Source: an uncultured Deinococcales bacterium
GTDB taxonomy: Bacteria > Deinococcota > Deinococci > Deinococcales > JAAFIG01
NCBI GenBank assembly: GCA_964244895.1
Contig: CAXTKV010000181.1
Location: 1-10,663, forward strand
Reading direction: 5' to 3'
DNA: 10,663 nucleotides
Shown: positions 7,211 to 10,663 of the stretch, in pieces
Numbering within the stretch: the first letter of the stretch is position 1
Layout: each line of letters opens with the position of its first letter
Made by a program: the position numbers and the translations under genes
Notes under the pieces: generated by a model
What the model saw: only the letters and a program-made list of their open reading frames with translations
The model's database searches: none
What the model was told of the DNA's origin: nothing

Positions 7211-8209
7211 GTGGATGTGCTTGCGGATGTGCTGGCGCTGTCCGGGGTGCGCGGGACGCTCGGCGCGCGCATTGAGGCCGGAGAACATTGGGGGGTGTGG
7301 TGGCGCGGAATTCGTGGTGCGGCATTCCACGCCGTCACGGCGGGCGTAGCCTGGCTCGGCGTGCCCGACCATCCACCGATCAAGTTAATGCCCGGTGATG
7401 TGGTGCTGCTGACCTCCGGTCTCGACCATCGCCTGTCGAGCGATCCTGCCACTTTGGCACGGCGCTGCGATCACGGCGCAGCCGAGCGCGCCAGGGCCGA
7501 CGGCCAAGTGCTGAGCTTTGGCAGCGGCGCGGTTCAGACACACATCCTCTCCGCGTCGTACACGCACGACCCTGCCGTCTTGACTCAGGTACTCACGCTG
7601 CTACCGGAGATCGTTCATCTCCACGCCGACCACGGCGGCAGTTGCCTGAGCGATACGGTGCGGTTACTGGCTCGCGAGCTGGCCTCACCTCAGATCGCGA
7701 CGACGATCGTCCTGAACAGCCTCGTAGACGTGCTGTTGGTGCAGCTGCTGCGGGTCTGGCTGTCGGATCACCCGGTGCAGGCAGCCGCCTCGTGGTTGGG
7801 AGTGCTCAGCGACCCGCTGATCAGCCGAGCGTTGAGCAAACTTCACGGCGACCCCGCGCGCGACTGGACCACGGCATCGCTGGCCGCAGAGATCTCGGTG
7901 TCACGGGCGACCCTGTCACGACGCTTTCCCGCAGTCGTCGGTCGGACGCCCGGCGCGTACCTGACCCGCTGGCGGATGGACTTGGCTGCCTTGCACCTTC
8001 GGGACACCGACGACGACCTGGAAACGATCGCTCGATCAGTCGGCTATAGCTCCGTCTACGCCTTCAGTCGCGCCTTCAGCCGCGCTCGCGCACAGCCGCC
8101 GGGGCGTTACCGACTCGCGGCCAGGGCGCAGGTCGACGGTGATCCCAGCGCGCGGACGGATGCAGACTCGACCATGACTGCGGTCGGCAGCGAGAGGCTG
8201 TGCAGGTAA
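7211..8209 (+). CDS. AraC-family transcriptional regulator with N-terminal cupin (Cupin_6-type) domain
   Basis: MDVLADVL N-terminus, FHAVTAG and PGDVVLL in the cupin part. C-terminal double HTH: WTTASLAAEISVSRATLSRRF...YLTRWRMDLA...IARSVGYSSVYAFSRAFSR...PPGRYR. Divergent from the SDR gene. Confidence 0.96.
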   Translation: MDVLADVLALSGVRGTLGARIEAGEHWGVWWRGIRGAAFHAVTAGVAWLGVPDHPPIKLMPGDVVLLTSGLDHRLSSDPATLARRCDHGAAERARADGQVLSFGSGAVQTHILSASYTHDPAVLTQVLTLLPEIVHLHADHGGSCLSDTVRLLARELASPQIATTIVLNSLVDVLLVQLLRVWLSDHPVQAAASWLGVLSDPLISRALSKLHGDPARDWTTASLAAEISVSRATLSRRFPAVVGRTPGAYLTRWRMDLAALHLRDTDDDLETIARSVGYSSVYAFSRAFSRARAQPPGRYRLAARAQVDGDPSARTDADSTMTAVGSERLCR

Positions 8210-8211
8210 GA

Positions 8212-8737
8212 AATGAATTCTTGGGCTCAGCTTTGAAAGGGGTTCATTGCCGGTTTTGGTGCAAGCTGAGGCACCCGTGCTTTGGAGCGACACGACCTTC
8301 ACAGACGCGGTTCTCCCCACATCACCGTTGGAATCTAGACCTAAATCCTGCTGGTCGCATCCAGGGCTTCACGGCTGACCGGGAGTGGATTGGGAGCGCC
8401 AGGCCCTTCAGGTGCCGCTGTAGGCGCGATATGAAGCCTGGTTGACGAGGCTGCTCGAACACGGCGTGAACCCGGTGATCCGCATCAATCGCCGTACCGC
8501 GATCCGGCTTCATGGGAAGACTGCACCCACCTGTGCATGGTTCAACGAACTCAAGGCCAGAGAGGTGCGCGAGCTTTCGCGTGCGCGCGATGGGCCTCAA
8601 GGTCTTTATGGTAGTCCAGGGATGGCGAGCTTTTAGCGTTGGTGGCGGTCAAACGACCATCCCAGGCGTTGGCAATTGACGCAACCCGGTGGGATATCGA
8701 GTGCTTGTTCGGTGCGTTCAAGTCGCGCGGGTTCGAC
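8212..8737 (+). mobile_element. Heavily decayed IS4-family transposase remnant
   Basis: Frameshifted fragments in the expected order: FTADREWIG (cf. ADREFIG), LLEHGVNPVIRI, RWDIECLFGAFKSRGFD (YREK-type motif region). Left boundary approximate. Confidence 0.78.
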
Positions 8738-8896
8738 GAACACGTCATTGACGCCTCGGTTCTTGACTTCGGTCAGGATCGAGAGCCGGAACGTAGGGAC
8801 GTCTTTGATGCCCTCGAGGTTGACGCCGATGGCGACACACAGCTTTGGTTTTCACCACCCCTCGTTGCGGATTTTGAGGTGCAGACAATCGAGGTA
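8735..8896 (-). mobile_element. IS256-family (mutator-type) transposase internal fragment
   Basis: The minus strand reads, across frameshifts, YLDCLHLKIRNE / GVVKTKAV / AIGVNLEGIKDV / FRLSILTEVKNRGVNDVFV, matching the IS256 pattern (GVxxxGxKxVLG...FWLxVLTELKNRG). It is cut exactly at the IS3 left end. Confidence 0.85.
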
Positions 8897-8922
8897 TGAC
8901 CTTCCCAGATTTTTGTAGACAC
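8897..8922 (+). repeat. IS3 left terminal inverted repeat
   Basis: TGACCTTCCCAGATTTTTGTAGACAC; 20/26 identity to the reverse complement of 10112-10137. Confidence 0.88.
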
Positions 8923-8954
8923 GCAGAACAGCCTCGAAGAGAATCGAGGTTCAT

Positions 8955-9245
8955 ATGCGAATCACCAAGACCTATACGCCCGAGTTCAAACTCGACGCCA
9001 TCCGCCGCGCCCGCGAGAACAAGAACATCAACGCCACCGCGCGCGAACTCGGCATCGCCCCGAGCCTCCTCAGCCACTGGATTCGCCAGCAACAAGCCCG
9101 AGGCGCAGCCGCCTTCCCCGGCAAAGAGGGCCTGACCGAGCTTGAGACCGAACTCAAACGCTTACGCAAAGAGAACGAAGTTCTGCGTCAGGAGCGTGAA
9201 ATTTTAAAAGCTGCGGCGAAATTCTTCGCGCGCGAAAACAAGTGA
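8955..9245 (+). CDS. IS3-family transposase OrfA (HTH)
   Basis: YTPEFKLDAI...ARELGIAPSLLSHWIRQ HTH, leucine-zipper ELKRLRKENEVLRQEREILKAAAKFF; GAGG RBS. Confidence 0.93.
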   Translation: MRITKTYTPEFKLDAIRRARENKNINATARELGIAPSLLSHWIRQQQARGAAAFPGKEGLTELETELKRLRKENEVLRQEREILKAAAKFFARENK

Positions 9246-10111
9246 GATTCACCTTCATCCACCACAACCGCGAGCGGTACGACCTCAACCTCATGCTTCG
9301 GGTGCTGAACGTCTCGAGAGCCGGGTACTACCTGTGGATCAAACGACCGCCCAGCCAGCGCGAGAAGCACGACGCGCGCATCCTCGAGAAGATCAAGACC
9401 ATCCACCAGGGAAGGAAGAAGTCCTACGGCAGCCCTCGAGTTCACGCCTGCTTGCTCGGCATGGACGAGCGTTTGAGTGTTCACCGCACGGCCAGGATCA
9501 TGCGTGAGAACGGCATTCGCGCTCGTGGGAAGCGGAAGTTCAAGCGCACGACCGACTCGAACCACGAACACCCGCTGGCCGAGAACATCCTGGCTCGTGA
9601 GTTCGATGCGGCCAAACCGAACCAGAAATGGGTCAGTGATATTACCTACCTCTCGACAGCCGAAGGCTGGCTGTACCTGGCAGTGGTGATCGATTTGTTC
9701 TCGAGGATGGTGGTTGGCTACGCGATGGGTGACTCGCTCGAGACGGGGCTTGTCCTCAGGGCGTTCGGAATGGCTTGAGCCTGGCGTAAGCCCGCGCCGG
9801 GCTTGTTGTGCCATAGCGATCGGGGCGTGCAGTACGCGAGCGTCGCGTTCAGGCGGGAACTCTGCGTGGTGGGCGCGGTTCAGAGCATGAGTCGGAAAGG
9901 CAATTGTTGGGACAATGCCGTGATGGAGAGCTTTTTCGGGTCGTTGAAGACGGAACTTGAGGCTGAACTGCCGCTCGGGTCACGAGCGCAGGCTCGAGCG
10001 GTGGTGTTCGAGTGGATCAACGTGTTCTACAATCGGGAACGGTTGCACTCGAAGCTCGGGTTCAGGTCGCCAGCCGAGTTCGAGAAAGTCGCTCAGGGAG
10101 TGCTGAACTGA
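9242..10111 (+). pseudogene. IS3-family transposase OrfB (DDE integrase core) with in-frame TGA at 9776-9778
   Basis: ORFs 9242..9778 and 9803..10111 are in the same frame. Motifs YGSPRV, WVSDITYL, WLYLAVVIDLFSR, HSDRGVQY, GNCWDNAVMESFF. The stop falls between the first and second catalytic Asp. Confidence 0.92.
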
Positions 10112-10137
10112 GCGTCCACGAAAAACTGGGAATCTCA
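10112..10137 (-). repeat. IS3 right terminal inverted repeat
   Basis: GCGTCCACGAAAAACTGGGAATCTCA immediately after the orfB stop. Confidence 0.88.
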
Positions 10138-10610
10138 CACCAAGCGTTTCGGATCGAACAAACCAATCATTTCAAGCCAGATCAGGCGGGCGTGTTCATC
10201 ACGCTCAGTCGGTCGGCGTGTCTTTTTTTACGACTGATCTTCAGCCGCTTGAGGGTTTGGTGCATCGCGGTCAGGCTCAGTTCAATCCCGGTCGTTTCAT
10301 ACCAGCTTTGGCAGTGTTCCTCGAGGGTGGCGTCGTTGTGAGCTTCGACTTGGGCGCGGAGGGCTGCTTCGTGTTCGGGTGGGATGAGGCGTGGTCGGCC
10401 TGTGCTGGTGGCGGGTTGGAGGGTTTTGAGGTCGCGGTCGAGTTGGAGGTAGCGGTAGACGGTGGCTCGGCTGATGGCGTAGCGGCTGGCAGTTTGTTCG
10501 GTGGTGTGTTGTTCGTGTTTGATGGCGTGGACGATTCGTTCTCGGAGGTCGGTGGAGTAGGCTTTCACGTGTTGCATGATACTATCTCAATCATTAGCAA
10601 AACCGCGATC
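10138..10610 (-). mobile_element. IS630-family element, truncated by the IS3 right end
   Basis: orfA, an A7G frameshift site, and the start of the catalytic frame (KKTRRPTERDEHARLIWLEMIGLFDPKRLV), cut just before the expected F-x-D-E. The upstream AT-rich segment (GCGGTTTTGCTAATGATTGAGAT) probably holds the left IR; that boundary is approximate. Confidence 0.85.
10182..10568 (-). CDS. IS630-family transposase OrfA (HTH / winged-helix)
   Basis: KAYSTDLRERIV...ASRYAISRATVYRYL...GRPRLI...HNDATLEE...TLKRLKISRKK. Start GTG 10568 preferred; alternative ATG 10577. Confidence 0.9.
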   Translation of the reverse strand: MKAYSTDLRERIVHAIKHEQHTTEQTASRYAISRATVYRYLQLDRDLKTLQPATSTGRPRLIPPEHEAALRAQVEAHNDATLEEHCQSWYETTGIELSLTAMHQTLKRLKISRKKRHADRLSVMNTPA

Positions 10611-10663
10611 AGCACGGCTTGGGCGGCTTGCCGGTCCGTGAGGTTCTCAAGGAATTGGAACAC

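Larger units (their letters stand above)
8897..10137 (+). mobile_element. IS3-family insertion sequence, 1241 bp, full length, orfB interrupted by a nonsense codon
   Basis: TG...CA ends. IRL TGACCTTCCCAGATTTTTGTAGACAC and reverse-complemented IRR TGAGATTCCCAGTTTTTCGTGGACGC match at 20/26. orfA/orfB organisation. No flanking direct repeat. Confidence 0.95.

Noticed and set aside
4831..10137. Composite transposon bounded by two outward-facing IS3 right ends carrying NmrA/SDR/AraC
   Set aside because: The left copy is heavily diverged and truncated, the outer flanks share no direct repeat, and unrelated IS debris lies inside.
1..10663. CRISPR array, tRNA/rRNA, or defence-system genes
   Set aside because: No regularly spaced repeats, structural-RNA signatures or nuclease/defence motifs were visible by eye.

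Overview
GC-rich bacterial DNA in three blocks. (1) 1-4820 (+) is a carbohydrate (probably amino-sugar) uptake and catabolism operon. It has a CUT1-type ABC substrate-binding protein (5' end missing), two permeases, two decayed sugar-kinase pseudogenes (PfkB/1-phosphofructokinase-like and BadF/N-acetylglucosamine-kinase-like) and an intact two-SIS-domain sugar-phosphate isomerase/deaminase. An old IS3 relic follows immediately. (2) 5130-8209 holds an NmrA/atypical-SDR gene and a divergent classical SDR / cupin-AraC regulator pair with clear promoters; this block has a different oligonucleotide signature and looks recently acquired. (3) 8212-~10610 is a pile-up of four IS families: a decayed IS4, an IS256 fragment, a full-length IS3 with one nonsense codon, and a truncated IS630. 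I found no CRISPR array, rRNA or tRNA, and no clearly novel multi-gene system. The most unusual signals are a roughly 9-fold, patchy excess of the palindrome CTCGAG and the selective decay of both kinases inside an otherwise intact operon. All family calls come from motif recognition by eye; no database searches were run.
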